The notes beneath the pieces were generated by a model. The model saw only the letters and a list, made by a program, of their open reading frames with translations. It was not told where the DNA came from and made no database searches. Made by a program: the position numbers and the translations under genes. Source: an uncultured Phycisphaerales bacterium (GTDB taxonomy: Bacteria > Planctomycetota > Phycisphaerae > Sedimentisphaerales > Anaerobacaceae). From it: DNA of 64,000 nt. Where the stretch lies: positions 96,001-160,000 of the forward strand of contig CAVYYI010000004.1 in the NCBI GenBank assembly GCA_963772725.1. The letters run 5' to 3'. Positions 42,234-54,461 of this stretch are shown here, piece by piece (positions within the stretch are counted from its first letter, which is position 1; each line of letters starts with the position of its first letter).

Positions 42234-43852
42234 TTAATGGCGATAAAGAAATTCTTTGCTGTTGATCAGCGCCCAAATCAATCATCCATAGCATCTTTCC
42301 TGCCTGTCTTGCCGTCGCCGAAATATTTTCCACACCGCTTCTTTTTCGCTTTCCGTCGGATAACGCGACAGGATAGTCAGATAAATATTCGAAATAACCT
42401 CGCCGCGTTTGCCCGCGCCTGTCATAATTTGTTTACGCAGCAGGGGGCTTTGCTGAATTTTACTTTGAATATCGCTTGAATTAAGCAGATACAGCCGCTG
42501 CTCGCCGGTCGGTTCATTGTTGCGTTCGGATTCCAGGCCCGTATCGCGGGCAGGGCGGCCGAACATTTCGAGAAATGAACTGGTGATGCTGCCGTCCACC
42601 AGCGTTATTGTCCGCTGCCCTTCGGTATATAGGTGAAAGGTTCCGGAATTGGGCTTGAATAACTTTCCCCTGTTCCGCCGATCCAGTCCAAAGCGTCAAT
42701 CAGAACTTCCGCGTCAAGCCTGCGAACAGGATAACAGGCGAACAGCTTCTCAGCCTCCGGACTCTTGCTTTGCGGAATCGAAGATTGCTGATAAATGCTC
42801 GAATTGAGTATCAGCCGGTAAATATGCCGCAGGTCGTATTTGGATTTTACAAGCTCCTTTTCCAGATAGGCAAGCAGTTCCGGATTTACCGCTGGATTGT
42901 CCGGCCGTATATCATCCGGCTTGTCAATAATGCCCCTGCCCAGCAGCCACGCCCATATCCGGTTGACAATATTACGCGCAAACCATGGATTGTTCGGCCC
43001 GAAATCAGCCAATCAGCGAACACCCGCCGCGGGTCCCGATCCGCTTCAATCCGCATCTTAGTTCCATCGGGAAAAACGACATCCATCGCGTCCGTTTGAT
43101 TCGGGTCAGAATATACGATTTCTTCTTTCCACTCAGCCGTGCTTTTATACGCGACCCGTGAAAAAAAAGCCTCCATATTGGCACGCTCAGCCTTGAGGCA
43201 AATTTTCAAACCTTACCCCCATAAACGTCAATGCGACTGCCCCGGCGATTGATGAAGGCTCGCGTCCCTGAATCGCCCGGTAAAAATTAACCTGCGGCAC
43301 ACGGAAATTGCTGCCGCTCGACGTCAAAAGTTCACGGGCAAACTGGTCGTAAGGCATATTTTTCCGAACCGCGTCATGGATCCAGCGATTATACGCCTGC
43401 ACCGCGTTGGGCCAGAGGTTGATGGGAAATTCCGATTTCACCCGCAGCAGGTCGCACCATTTCAGCGTCCAGTAGTCGGTAAACTCTTTGCGCTTCATTA
43501 GGGCCTCAATCAGTTGAGAACGTTTGCCGGGATTTTCATCTTCCAGAAATTTGCGAACCTCATCTGCTTTGGGTAGCGTCCCAATTACATCTATATACAC
43601 TCGCCTGACTAAAACCTCATCAGAGCAAATATTTGCCGGTTGAATGTTATGCTTGCGCAAAGACGCTATTACAAGACTGTCAATGCGGTTTTTGGGCGTA
43701 AAACCGCCTTCCCGCTCATAAGGACGCACAATTCCAGCTTCGTCGGCAAAAACGCTGACCGCCAACAGACAAATCATTACTGTAAAAATAACTGTCTTTA
43801 TGAACCTGTCAGGCTGTATAGGCATTTCACTTCTTTCCCTTGCTAACTCCAT
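42234..43852 (-). CDS. DUF1549/DUF1553 protein, multiple frameshifts
   Basis: LVRRVYIDVIGTLP, NMPYDQFARELLT, NPWFARNIVNRIWAWLLGRG, RRLDAEVLID, FGRPAR, WALINSKEF. Confidence 0.85.
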
Positions 43853-44006
43853 AATTTTAAAGATCTTACGCCCAAACGCAGAAAATAGTTCTATATAATC
43901 ATTTTACGAAAATAAGGACGTTTCTGTAAAAGTATTTATTTCACAATTTTTTTAAAAATGGTCTCGTTGGCAACACATAGTTGGTAGCAGGCAGGTAGTC
44001 AAGCTG

Positions 44007-44062
44007 TCATTTTGAGCTAAGTCCGCCGAAAGTCCGCTTTCGGCTTAGAGTCGAGGAATCTA
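44007..44062. repeat. Intergenic REP-like palindromic element
   Basis: GTCATTTTGAGC...GCCGAAAG/CTTTCGGC...GTCGAGGAATCT; related inverted motif CCCTTCGACAAGCTCAGTGAC at ~53660. Confidence 0.4.
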
Positions 44063-44097
44063 TTTATATTGAATATCAGTGCGAATTTTTTCGTTTA

Positions 44098-44993
44098 TCA
44101 TAAACCGTTTTCGGGCAGGTAAAAAATCCCCGGGCCGGTACCATCCGGATAGGGAATGCTGCCGTCATCTCTTATCGAAACTTTCATCGGTACGGTTTCC
44201 GCAGGGACAAAGCTTCCGACGTGTCCGTCAATATAACCAGCGTGCAGTTTTATTTCGATTGTATCCCGGTTAGAGATTGCACAACTCTGGCTGGCCCAGT
44301 AAGCCGAAGAGACCCATGTTTCCGGCAGAATCGATGCCCCTTTGAAATTTTCACAGCTTCCGAAAGATTTAGGACTTCGCCAGTGGTCGTAGCCGAAATA
44401 GCAGCTTACTATCAATTTGCTTCTGCACGAACCGCCTGCCGAATTACCGGGGCCCTTAAAAACTCTTCCTTCCCCCAGCCAGCCTGTATAATTCCACCAG
44501 AAACAATATGTCCCTGTTACGGGGTCTTTTGTTTGCGTTGTATCCGGGTTGTCCCAAGCGTCGCCGGTGTCCCATGCCCTCTGGATATATTTGTGCTTTA
44601 TCGGCGCGTTTGTACACAGCATCATCTTGCCGTCACTGATATAACTGCCCAAATATTCGCTGATTGCACGATGTATCTGTGGACTCCGCTGTCGGTAACC
44701 TGTCATCATCGTAGGCTCCTGCCAGTTCCAATAGCCGCTTATCACGCCTATTGTCGCTACGGATTCAGGATAAGCTGCGTCATTATCCGCAGCATAAAGA
44801 TTGACTGTGTTTACAATCTGACGCTGATTAGATATGCCGACCATCGCTTTTGCCTGTCGCGAATCTTACTTAACGCGGGTAGAAGAATCCCCATAAGAAC
44901 CGTAATGATTGAAATTACCACAAGAAGTTCTATCAGGGTAAAGCCGCTTTGTTTCCCGTCCTTGCGAAGTATATTATTGCCTGGCTTCTCCAC
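44098..44993 (-). CDS. Prepilin-type N-terminal cleavage / H-X9-DG domain protein (one frameshift)
   Basis: GFTLIELLVVISII..LLPAL; YIDGHV. Confidence 0.85.
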
Positions 44994-45180
44994 AGTCCTG
45001 CCTCTCGGACAACCAGCTTATGTCCTTAACCGCCATAAGCCCCCAGGTTTATTCTGGAGGTATATAGTGTCACTCGATCGTAATACTCTGGCTTTAAGCC
45101 ATTACCGAACCAGTGTAATATATTATTCTAACAATAATTTGTCAATATTGCTCTTAAAATTTCCATATTTTTTTGCATAT

Positions 45181-45216
45181 AAAAAGGGCGGCAAACTGTG
45201 CGTTTGTCGCCCCGAT
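45181..45216 (-). terminator. Intrinsic terminator
   Basis: GGGCGGCAAAC/GTTTGTCGCCC stem with T-tract on the minus strand. Confidence 0.6.
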
Positions 45217-45268
45217 TAAAAGCTCACATTTCGGTTTTATTAGTGTTTTAGTGTCTTGGTGGTTGCCT

Positions 45269-47405
45269 TTAATTCCCTGACCAAGGCTCTTTTTCCAGCC
45301 ATTGCTCCATTAGGATTGCAAAATCAGTGAAATTGAAAATGCCATCGTAGTTGACATCGCCTTTAATTCGCCATTCGCTCATACTCGCAAAAGGTGTCCC
45401 TCCATGAGCACCATATCGATTCGTCCGCCATTCGGCATAGGCTCATTCATCGGGTTATCATTTGGATTGCCGCCATCAACACACGGACTTGTAACATCAT
45501 CAAGCACCCAGACATTCTGTGCCGGCCAATACCTGCCTCGCTCACTTTTCAGATGATAATCGCCATTATTGATGTCTGTAAACATTGGTTCATAAGTATA
45601 TTCATGCCCATCCAATCCAGCCTCGTAAATCGCTGCAATTTCAGCATTGCTCAATGCTCTATTGTATATCCTTACGTCATCCATTTTGCCGCCAAAAAAG
45701 TTCACATAGTCTCCATTTGCTGTATGATCGTAACTGCCCAAAGTGAAATCCCTGTGATAAGTATTTGGCCCTAAAGAACCTGAAGTGTTAACAGAATCAG
45801 GCTCTCTTATACCATTGATATAAAGATATTTTACAGAGCCATCATACGTGGCAACAATATGATACCATGTATTTCCGGCCATTGTTCTAGTGGAAGTTAA
45901 CACACTACCTGTCCAGTCATTACCTGTCAAAAATCTTACTTTTCCATCTGAGGGGAACATAATAATTTTATATACACCTTCTATACCTGCTAAGAAAGAT
46001 TGACCATCCCGGTTGACACCATTCCCATCTTACCCATGCGGCAATCGTTACTGTGGATAAATTCTCCAAATTAGTAGTGCCGCAGTTAACACGGTCATTT
46101 ATACCATCAAATTCTAATGCACTTCCAATTTGACCGGTTGTAGGTATTGCTCCGTAAATAGTTCCATTGTTAGTGCCGACGGAATCTGTTGCATTGCCGT
46201 CTAATTTCCAGTAGGAAACTAAACCTGCTTCGGCTTCTTCCTGAATAAAGCTGTACTGCACTGGCACTGATAAAGAGAACCGAAAGTATTCTTATAGAAG
46301 ATACAGTTGCTGATATTTGGCTCGCTGCTGCCGTAAGATTCAATGCCGGAATTATTGTTTATAACCGTTAAATTCTTAATAGTCGGCGAGGCGTTGACAA
46401 TGAAAACGCCCAAATCACTGTTTCTTATAACAAAATTCTGCAATATACTATTGTCCCCTTCAGCAGTGTAGAATGATACCGCGAAATTGTCCGGTGCCTG
46501 CAGGATTGCCGCGTCATCGGCACTTTTTACGGTTATAGCCTTACCTAAGAAATTTATCTGTTCAGTGTAAGTCCCCGGCCAGACAAGAACCGTACCACCA
46601 TTCTCAGCAGTATCAATTCCCTTTTGAATCGTTTGAAATGCCGTATGTCTGCTTAAACCGTTGTTATCGTTATTGCCATTAACTGCATCGATATGATAAA
46701 CAACGGATGGCAATTGTTCCTGATAAACCTGTTGAACTTCCTGGTCAGATAATGCTTGATTGTATATGCGTACATCATCCATTTTACCGCCCAAAAAGTT
46801 TACATACTGCCTCCGCCAGTCATGTCATAACTTCCCATAGTAAAATCTCTGTGGTAAGTATTTGGGCCTAAAGAACCCGATGTGGTTACAAAATTAGTTT
46901 CTCTGGTGCCATTAATGTAAATATACTTTTTAGAGCCATCATAGGTTGCGGCGATGTGATACCATGTATTAGAAGCAAGTACGGTAGAGGAAGTTAAAAT
47001 AGTACCAGTCCAGTTGTTGCCAGTCAGGAACCTTATTTTCCCCTGAGATGGAATAAAGTCAATCTTATATACACCTTCGATACCTGATATGAAGGAATAT
47101 CCGACGGGAGTGCTGCCATTCCAATTTACCCACGCCGTAAGTGTTACCTGGGATAAGTTCTCCATATTAGTGGTGCCGCAGTTAACACGGTCATTAATAC
47201 CGTCAAGGTTTAGAATCTGACTTGGAAGCTTTAGTCCGCCGCCGGCATCATTAACGATACTTGCACCGTTTACGAGTGTGCCGTTATTGCTGCCAACGCT
47301 GTCGTTGGCGTTACCCTCGAATTCATATTGAGAAATCAGACCTGCATTAGCACCAACTGCAATAAATAGTACAACAAACGCGGTTAAAAATATGTTCCTT
47401 TTCAC
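45269..47405 (-). CDS. Secreted protein with two LamG domains, a beta-helix and a dockerin-like tail (frameshifted)
   Basis: Two near-identical WYHI.ATYDGS..MDDVRIYN domains; TIQKGID..VWPGTY; GDVNYDGIFNFTDFAILMEQWL. Confidence 0.8.
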
Positions 47406-47449
47406 TATTTCTCCTCTAAAAAAATGTTGATATTTCTTTTTAAACTATT

Positions 47450-49211
47450 TTAAAGCTTTTCAAAAAACCATTGCCCATTTTGGTCTTTTTTATACCCTGT
47501 TACAGGTGAGGCGAACTCATGGCTTGCATTGTCAATATCCTGCATATATTCAAATTGGAGCATGCCGGTTTTTTCGCCGGCAAAGGTTATTTTTTCAACA
47601 ACATCGGTTTGCATATCAATGGTATAAACAATCCTGCTGTTTAAATTTTTCAGTGTTACTATCGCCTTTTTGCCATCGAGCGACAATTTCGTATCGAAAG
47701 GCACCTGTCTTTGGGCGGCATCTCTTCTTACAACGTCAATCGTATGCAGCCCCATCCATGGTCGGCCCAGGCCAATAAAAGCGATATCGACAATCTCTTC
47801 TCCTCCGCTTCGCATTTTTAGCCAGGGCCGATTTTCCTCGCACTGTTTATAAATAAACGGCATCCTCCCTTTGCCGTTTATTTTTTTCCCATTGAATTCG
47901 CCTGTTATGGTAAAATATGTCCAGCCTCTTTTGTGCATTGCGTCTCGGTTATCGATCACTTTTGCCCCGACAGGCAGATTATATTGAAAATATTCCTCCT
48001 CGAGCATATTAAACTGATTGACGACCTGCGGTTTACCGTTTTGCCGCTCTTTATTTGCTATCACAAGCAGGCCGGCCTTGCGATTGTTAACATAATCAAT
48101 TTCATACGGCCTGCCCTGAATTTTTGAGATAAATTCACGTATCGAATGTCCATCGCAGGGCAGTTGGAAAACGCTCAAATCGCTGTTCCAGCAGTGGTAG
48201 TTTTCTATGTGTATGACTGCCTTATCTTTATCGTAGTAAAAATTTCCCTGCTCATTTTGCTTTAGAACGCGCTGCTCATCTTTTGCTCCAGCTTTTGCCC
48301 AGGTCTGTCGAAGCATCACAGGCCCGTCTGCACCGGCAGGGAAATAATACCAGCTTTCCTTGACAGGATTATTAGATTCAAATAGTGAGTAAACGGTACT
48401 TAGGTTAGCTGGATGCGATTCCTGGGCTAAAGGTTTTATGCTTTCCGGCGGTTTCACCGCCACTGCCGCGGCAGCGATAATGCCTGCTCCGGCCAATGCC
48501 GTAATCGCTGTTTTGCTTGTCAGAACAGATGTCAGACTTGTCAGCATACTGACCTTTCAGCGCCGCAGGCGTTACCGATAACGAAGCTGCTGCTGCCTTA
48601 TCCGCCGCGGTCAGTTTGCCGAATAGAACTAACGCAGTAAGAAGCGAACCCCTGCCAAACCCTCGCCTGACAAGCTGTTTTTTCAGAGAATTTTTCGCCC
48701 TGTAAAACAGCTTTTGCGCCGCGTACTCGCTGCAGCTCATCATCTTTGCTATCTCGGAAAACGGCATTTGGTCATAGCACCGCATATTGATAACTGTGCG
48801 ATGTTCGGGGGTTAACGCGCCAATCGCCGCGAAAACATCTTCCTTAAACTCCTGATATATCATACCGGCTATAGCTTCCCGGCTGTCATTATGTTCCGGG
48901 CTTTGGTTTTCCGGTGCTGGAGTGTTTTTGCGACGCTTTTCCTCATTTCTGTGGTAATTGTGCATATTATTAAGGGCTATCTTGCGCAGCCAGGGCCAAA
49001 ACTGGCCGACCTCTCTCAATTTTTTTATCGCCTCAAGCATTGTTACTATGCTCTCCTGCACAATATCATTTGTTAAATCATCTGACAAAGTGTAACGGTA
49101 GATATAAGCGTATAGAGGGTCTCTAACCACCTCAGCGAGACGGCTTAAGCACTCTTTATCTCCCAGCTGTGCCTGCTGAACTAATCCGACGAAGTCATTA
49201 CTCTTTTCCAT
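47450..49211 (-). CDS. ECF sigma factor with long C-terminal TM/extracytoplasmic extension (one frameshift near 48555)
   Basis: DIVQE..FWPWLRKIALN, LTPEHRTVINMR..MPFSEIAKMM..FYRAK; continues into 47450-48547. Confidence 0.8.
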
Positions 49212-49585
49212 TCCGTACTATTATAAAGATGCGCAGAAAGCTCAAAACGGACGAGTTTTTTATAAAATTTCTAAAATTTAATCGAATCTTACCAAAATCT
49301 GCTTCAAAATGCCAATGGTATAGCAAATATTCTTGGCTCCTGAATCTGAAAAAGTAATATTGCCGTCCATCAAATGGGTTTTGGGAGTGGAGGATGGAAA
49401 ATTTTTTAAAAAATTTTAAAAAATTTTGAGATTATGCGTAATTTTTTCAAGAGTTCTGCGTCTTTATATATAGCAGAATATATAGCGGAGTTAAGTTTTC
49501 GGGTCTTAATTAGTGGAACTTTTTAAGGCCCAAAAGCAGGCAAGTGAGACTTAAAAAGAGGTTAGAACGAAATGGATGTTGTTTT

Positions 49586-50308
49586 ATGTTCAAAAAAGAC
49601 AGCTTAATACGTGGAAAATGGTTTAAAAATGATATTGAATTTCTCAGGCGGCATTTCTCAAGTATGAACACAAAGGAATTGTCACGGAGTCTCCGTCGGC
49701 CTATAACCGCCGTAAGACAAAGGGCTTACGAACTTGGTCTTACATTGGAAAAGTACGCTGGCCCATGGTCAGAAGATGAAATTGAAAAACTGAAAAACCT
49801 TTTTCCCGTTAAAACAAAGACTGAAATCGCCGGTCAGCTTGGCCGCTCTAAATCCGGCGTTGCAAGTAAGATAGCCAAACTCGGACTGAAAAAGGGGAAT
49901 TATTGCTTCTGGTCGAAGCCGGAAGTCGAATTACTCAGGGAACTCTACAGTGTCAAAACCTGCAAAGAGATTTCCGAGCAAATAGGCAAACCCGTTGCGA
50001 GTGTTGCGCAAAAAATATACAGGCTTGGCCTTAGAAAAAAAACCCAAAACTCCTGGTCTGAAAAGGAGATATATCTGCTCAGGCTTTTATATCCGGTTGT
50101 AAAAACCCGCGCAATTGCCTTTGAGCTTCGCCGGCCCGTTGTATCGGTCATACAACGGGCGTTCAGGCTGGGTCTTAAAAAGGCCGACAGGAAAATGCAT
50201 TCGGCTCGGTTTTCCGCTGGAAATAAGTTCAAAACGCCCAAAACAGAAACTAAAAATAATCGCCGATTTTCTGCCGTTGAACAGTTTATGGCGACATCGC
50301 CTGAATAG
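49586..50308 (+). CDS. Tandem HTH/Myb-like repeat protein
   Basis: Four ~48-aa repeats W...E...L...(F/Y)......IA..L.R....V......LGL. Confidence 0.7.
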   Translation: MFKKDSLIRGKWFKNDIEFLRRHFSSMNTKELSRSLRRPITAVRQRAYELGLTLEKYAGPWSEDEIEKLKNLFPVKTKTEIAGQLGRSKSGVASKIAKLGLKKGNYCFWSKPEVELLRELYSVKTCKEISEQIGKPVASVAQKIYRLGLRKKTQNSWSEKEIYLLRLLYPVVKTRAIAFELRRPVVSVIQRAFRLGLKKADRKMHSARFSAGNKFKTPKTETKNNRRFSAVEQFMATSPE

Positions 50309-50331
50309 CAATACAGAGTCAGTTTGAGTTA

Positions 50332-52666
50332 TTATTGTTCCCAATTGGCGGCGAGGTTGGCGAAATCGCGGAAGTTGACAATATTATCGCCAGTTGGTGT
50401 GGGTGGGGACATGTCTGCCTGACAAACACCATTCTTCAGCCATTGACACGCAAAGCCCGATACTCCTGTCAAATCACCGCCCCAACCCTCAGTAAAAGCC
50501 GCCCAATCCTGAAAATTCACAACACCGTCCGGCACAATATCCGTCGGCAGTCTTTCATACAGCCACTCGTCGGCAAAAGCCGCCAAATCGCAAATATCAA
50601 TATCGCCGTCAGGTTCAAAATCCCCAGGCCACACGCCGCACAACGTCAACTTAATATCAGGCACATTTTCGCTGCAATATACCGTTGGCATTTCTATGCC
50701 CGACCAGTTCAGCGGGTCTCCGTACTCGCTGTTTGCGCCGGCGTAAATGCATCTGTTGCCCCCCGGTGCCGAATAAGCGCATAGACCGTTACTCCCGGAT
50801 GAACTATTGTTATGACTGAAATCGACCATCAGATTGTCGATGCCGTTATACTTAAAAGGCCTCGAAAAATTAAAAGTTCGCCACCCCGTGCTGCCCCGCG
50901 GCTCATTACCACTATAAACTGTCGTCCAGTCGTTGGAATCTAACTCGCAGATGTCGTAACTATTCATACTCGTGTGCTTCATTCGAATCGTCCAGTTATT
51001 CATTGCCTGCCCGGCGATGCCTGTTACATTAATCGCCAGACCCCTGATAAAACCGCCATACTTGATTTCAGATGCCGTATATATCACTTGCGTCCTGCTG
51101 TCGTGATTGGCCGCGTGCAAAGGATAGTTCCACGAGGAACTCCCGCTTCCTGTCGAAAAATAATCGCACGGATTCAACTGCACGCTCTCGATTGCTCTGC
51201 CGAGATTGACGCGAGGCTTTGTTATTGCAATCCTCGGGTCGGTTACGGCGTCGCCGCTCGAACGGAGAATCTCCCTTACCCGTACAGCCGTCAGGAAATG
51301 CCCAGTAAAATACTTTGCCGCCGATTGTATGCACGCCGCCGCGCCTGCTACATACGGGCACGCCGCCGATGTCCCCCCGAAATCGGTCGCGTAATCTCCC
51401 GCTGAATAACCCGCCGAACCAACAATATCAGTCGTACACGCCATATTTGATGGCGCGAGTATATCTAAAAATGAAGCGGTATTCGAAAAAGATGTAACCA
51501 AATCCGGCATGGTTGCATCGATGCAATACCAACCGCTGGGACATTGACTTTTCGGATACTTTGTTGCGCAGGAATCCGCTCTGATACAGAATGAATAAGT
51601 CCCGAAATTCGAATCGTAAACCGCTCCGACCGATATGACATTACTCAAACACGCTGGCACAGTTATTGAATTGCACGAACCATCGTTATCTGACGAGACC
51701 ACCACCGTAATTCCCGCCGCCACCGCGTTATTTGCCGCTGTAGCGTAAGCGACATTTGAGCTGTCGCACGGACTGGTATATCGTGTCCCCCCGATACTTG
51801 TGCTTATTACTAAAATCGGATATGAAGGGTTATCGTTCTTATGGCTTATGCACCAGTCCCACGCCGCTATGACATTGTCGTTATATATCACCCCCTCGCT
51901 GTTCTTGGTTTTCAACGCGTAAATTTTGGCCCCGCACGCGACCCCGCCGATATAATCCCCGACATCGCAGGCGTCCCCAGCCGCGATGCCAGCGCAGCTT
52001 GTGCCGTGCGGGTCATGAACCGCCGCCGGAAACGGGTCCGAATCATCGTCTCCGAAATCATAACCGCCAATAACCTTGCTGTTCGGAAACCCTCCTCTCC
52101 CCAGCATCGGATGATTATAATCGACCCCGGAATCGCAAATCGCGATTGCAGTTCCCCTGCCCGTTATACGCCGTGCGATATATAATCCCGTTTATCAGCG
52201 GTATCCCCTGCGCAAGATGCTCTTCGAGTATATAAACCGGCTCAACAGATTCTACCGCCGGGTCATTTAATAATTTGTTCAGCCCATCAGTCGTAACCTC
52301 ACACGAAAATCCCGCCTGATTCTCAAATTGATGCCGCACCTCAAATTCATCTTTCGCCAAAGCCCCCATCACCTTGTCCTGCCGCTCTTTTATCTCGGCG
52401 TGAAGTTGCTTCATAGCATCGTGGGATTGCTGGCCCAGCGTCTTTTTCACCAGCATTTCAGGCTTTATAAGATTTACAATAACCTTAACTTTTTCGCTGC
52501 CGCCCTCGAATTCGCCGACAATCTCCGCCTCATTGATAATCTTATTTTGCCCCGCCGCGCCTGATAAAAATATCAGTACCATTACCATCGCCATCTTGAT
52601 ATTAATCGCGGTAAGCCTATACCCTTCCGATGAGTACATAAGTTTTTGCAGGAACTGTTTTGCCAT
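50332..52666 (-). CDS. S8 subtilase with propeptide and dockerin-like repeats (frameshift near 52150)
   Basis: DSGVDY, HGTSCAGIAAG, FGGTSAACPYVAG. Confidence 0.9.
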
Positions 52667-52898
52667 TACTTATACCCCCGGTATTGTAACCATAATATTT
52701 CACTTTTATTAAAACTTGCTCTTATTATAAATAGGGCTGTTCCTTAATTTTCCCGCTATTTTTGCCTACCCCCTCCACACTGTGAGTTTAAGGGGGTACA
52801 ATGTACCATATTATCCCTGAAAATAAAAATAAGAATACCAAATTCGGTAGACAAGGGCATAGAGGGGGAACGGTTATTTATTTGGTGGTTCAGTCGGA

Positions 52899-52924
52899 CC
52901 CAGCCACGGGTGCTGGGGCTAATC
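52899..52924 (-). repeat. REP copy 1
   Basis: CCCAGCCACGGGTGCTGGGGCTAATC. Confidence 0.8.
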
Positions 52925-52988
52925 GAAAACGGAATCAAAAAGGAAAAAACAATTGCCAATCGGGTCTTGAAATATTATTATTTTATTT

Positions 52989-53438
52989 ATGTCAGAAATT
53001 GTCGGGTATATGTTGACGTGGACAACTTATGGAAGTTGGCTGCCGGGCGACGAGAGAGGATACGTCGATAGAGGCAAGATTCTTCAAGGCGACGGTAAAC
53101 TTCTGGAAAGAAATCGTGATAGACAAAAAACGCCCATTGTTAAGTTGAACGCACAAGAAAAGAAAGTTGTCAAGCAAACCATTCTCGCTGAAGCGGAAAA
53201 AATTAAACACATTATCGAAGCGTTAACAGTTTATTCAAATCATATCCATTTGCTGGCGCGGCCACATAAAGAATTTATTGAGAAACTTGCAAGCCGTTAT
53301 AAAAGTATAACTACTCGCACTCTCTGGCAGAATGGCCGTGAAGGACGTCTTTGGACCAAGGGGTATGATATAAGGTTTTGTTTTTCTGAAGAAGAATTTG
53401 CAGCCAGATTTAAATATATTGAAAATCACCAATATTAA
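52989..53438 (+). CDS. REP-associated tyrosine (Y1/HUH) transposase, RAYT-like
   Basis: TWTTYGSWLPGDERG, NHIHLL, LWTKGY, KYIENH; flanked by inverted REPs. Confidence 0.85.
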   Translation: MSEIVGYMLTWTTYGSWLPGDERGYVDRGKILQGDGKLLERNRDRQKTPIVKLNAQEKKVVKQTILAEAEKIKHIIEALTVYSNHIHLLARPHKEFIEKLASRYKSITTRTLWQNGREGRLWTKGYDIRFCFSEEEFAARFKYIENHQY

Positions 53439-53449
53439 GTTCTTGATTG

Positions 53450-53478
53450 GATTAGCCCCAGCACCTGTGGCTGGGGCC
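53450..53478 (+). repeat. REP copy 2
   Basis: GATTAGCCCCAGCACCTGTGGCTGGGGCC. Confidence 0.8.
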
Positions 53479-53877
53479 TTTTTAAGTTTTGAATTACTGT
53501 ATGCAGTCAAGATTAAAAATAATAAATTACAATGGCAAGACGAAATTATTAAGGCCGGTTAGGTAGTTGAATGAACAGAGGCACATTAAACGTGAAGCGT
53601 ATCCCGTGAAGCGGGGGAAAAATTGGCGGGGTTTAGCTGCGATGCAGTTTTAGATTCGATCCCTTCGACAAGCTCAGTGACTTAATTTTATATAGTGGTT
53701 TTCCCGCTACTATTTTATTTTTTTAACTGAAGCGGGGATTCACAAAAAACGTGATTTCTCTCTGCTATTTTGTTTATTTATATAACTTCTTTATTGGTTT
53801 TGCAATAAGGAAAATAAAAAAGAATGACGAAAAAAAAGCGGAGATTGGACAGTTAAATGGAGAACCCCATTCTCCTT

Positions 53878-54210
53878 TTATATTTTACTTGAGTATATTA
53901 GTTTACTTAAATCTTCATCATCTTTCTTTTTACGAAAAACGAATAGATGTTCGTGCATGATTAAATAAAATTTATCTTTCTGTGCTTTTGGTATCCATCT
54001 GTTGGTAGATGAACAATTGTGCTGAACTTTGACGATATCTTCTTTAAGAATAAAACCAGCTTTCAAAAACCGCTGCATAACATTAAACGCAAGCGGCACA
54101 AAATGCTTACTTTTACGTGTATCACCTATTAGTATTACGCAGTACTTATCGTGTTTTAAGATTCTATAAAACTCTTGAGCAATCTTTTCTATTCCATCTA
54201 TGACAAACAC
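53878..54210 (-). pseudogene. C-terminal fragment of an amino-DNA methyltransferase
   Basis: YRILK..KYCVILIGDTR..HFVPL..GFILKEDIVKVQHN..HEHLFVFRK; SAM-binding and DPPY parts missing. Confidence 0.65.
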
Positions 54211-54458
54211 TCACTTTTCGGCAGAAAAAAAATGCTCGATGTATTTTGGTAATCATTTTCCAATTCATAACAGATTATTTTGTTAAATGTGGTTTGTGAT
54301 AAGTAGCTATTGTTGCGTATTAGGTTTTCAAAAGCTTGTTGGGGATTGAGGCCTTCCGCAAATCCTATAACCTGACAATTTTCAATATCCGGCTCAATTG
54401 CTTCAGTGTTCGGCTGAAAGGTATGCCCTTCATCTGTTATAAAAATATAAGATTTCAT
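54198..54458 (-). CDS. Hypothetical protein
   Basis: 86 aa, coupled to both neighbours. Confidence 0.6.
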   Translation of the reverse strand: MKSYIFITDEGHTFQPNTEAIEPDIENCQVIGFAEGLNPQQAFENLIRNNSYLSQTTFNKIICYELENDYQNTSSIFFLPKSECLS

Positions 54459-54461
54459 AAA

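Noticed and set aside
44221..45219. 332-aa plus-strand ORF
   Set aside because: Antisense shadow of the prepilin-type gene with no recognisable motifs
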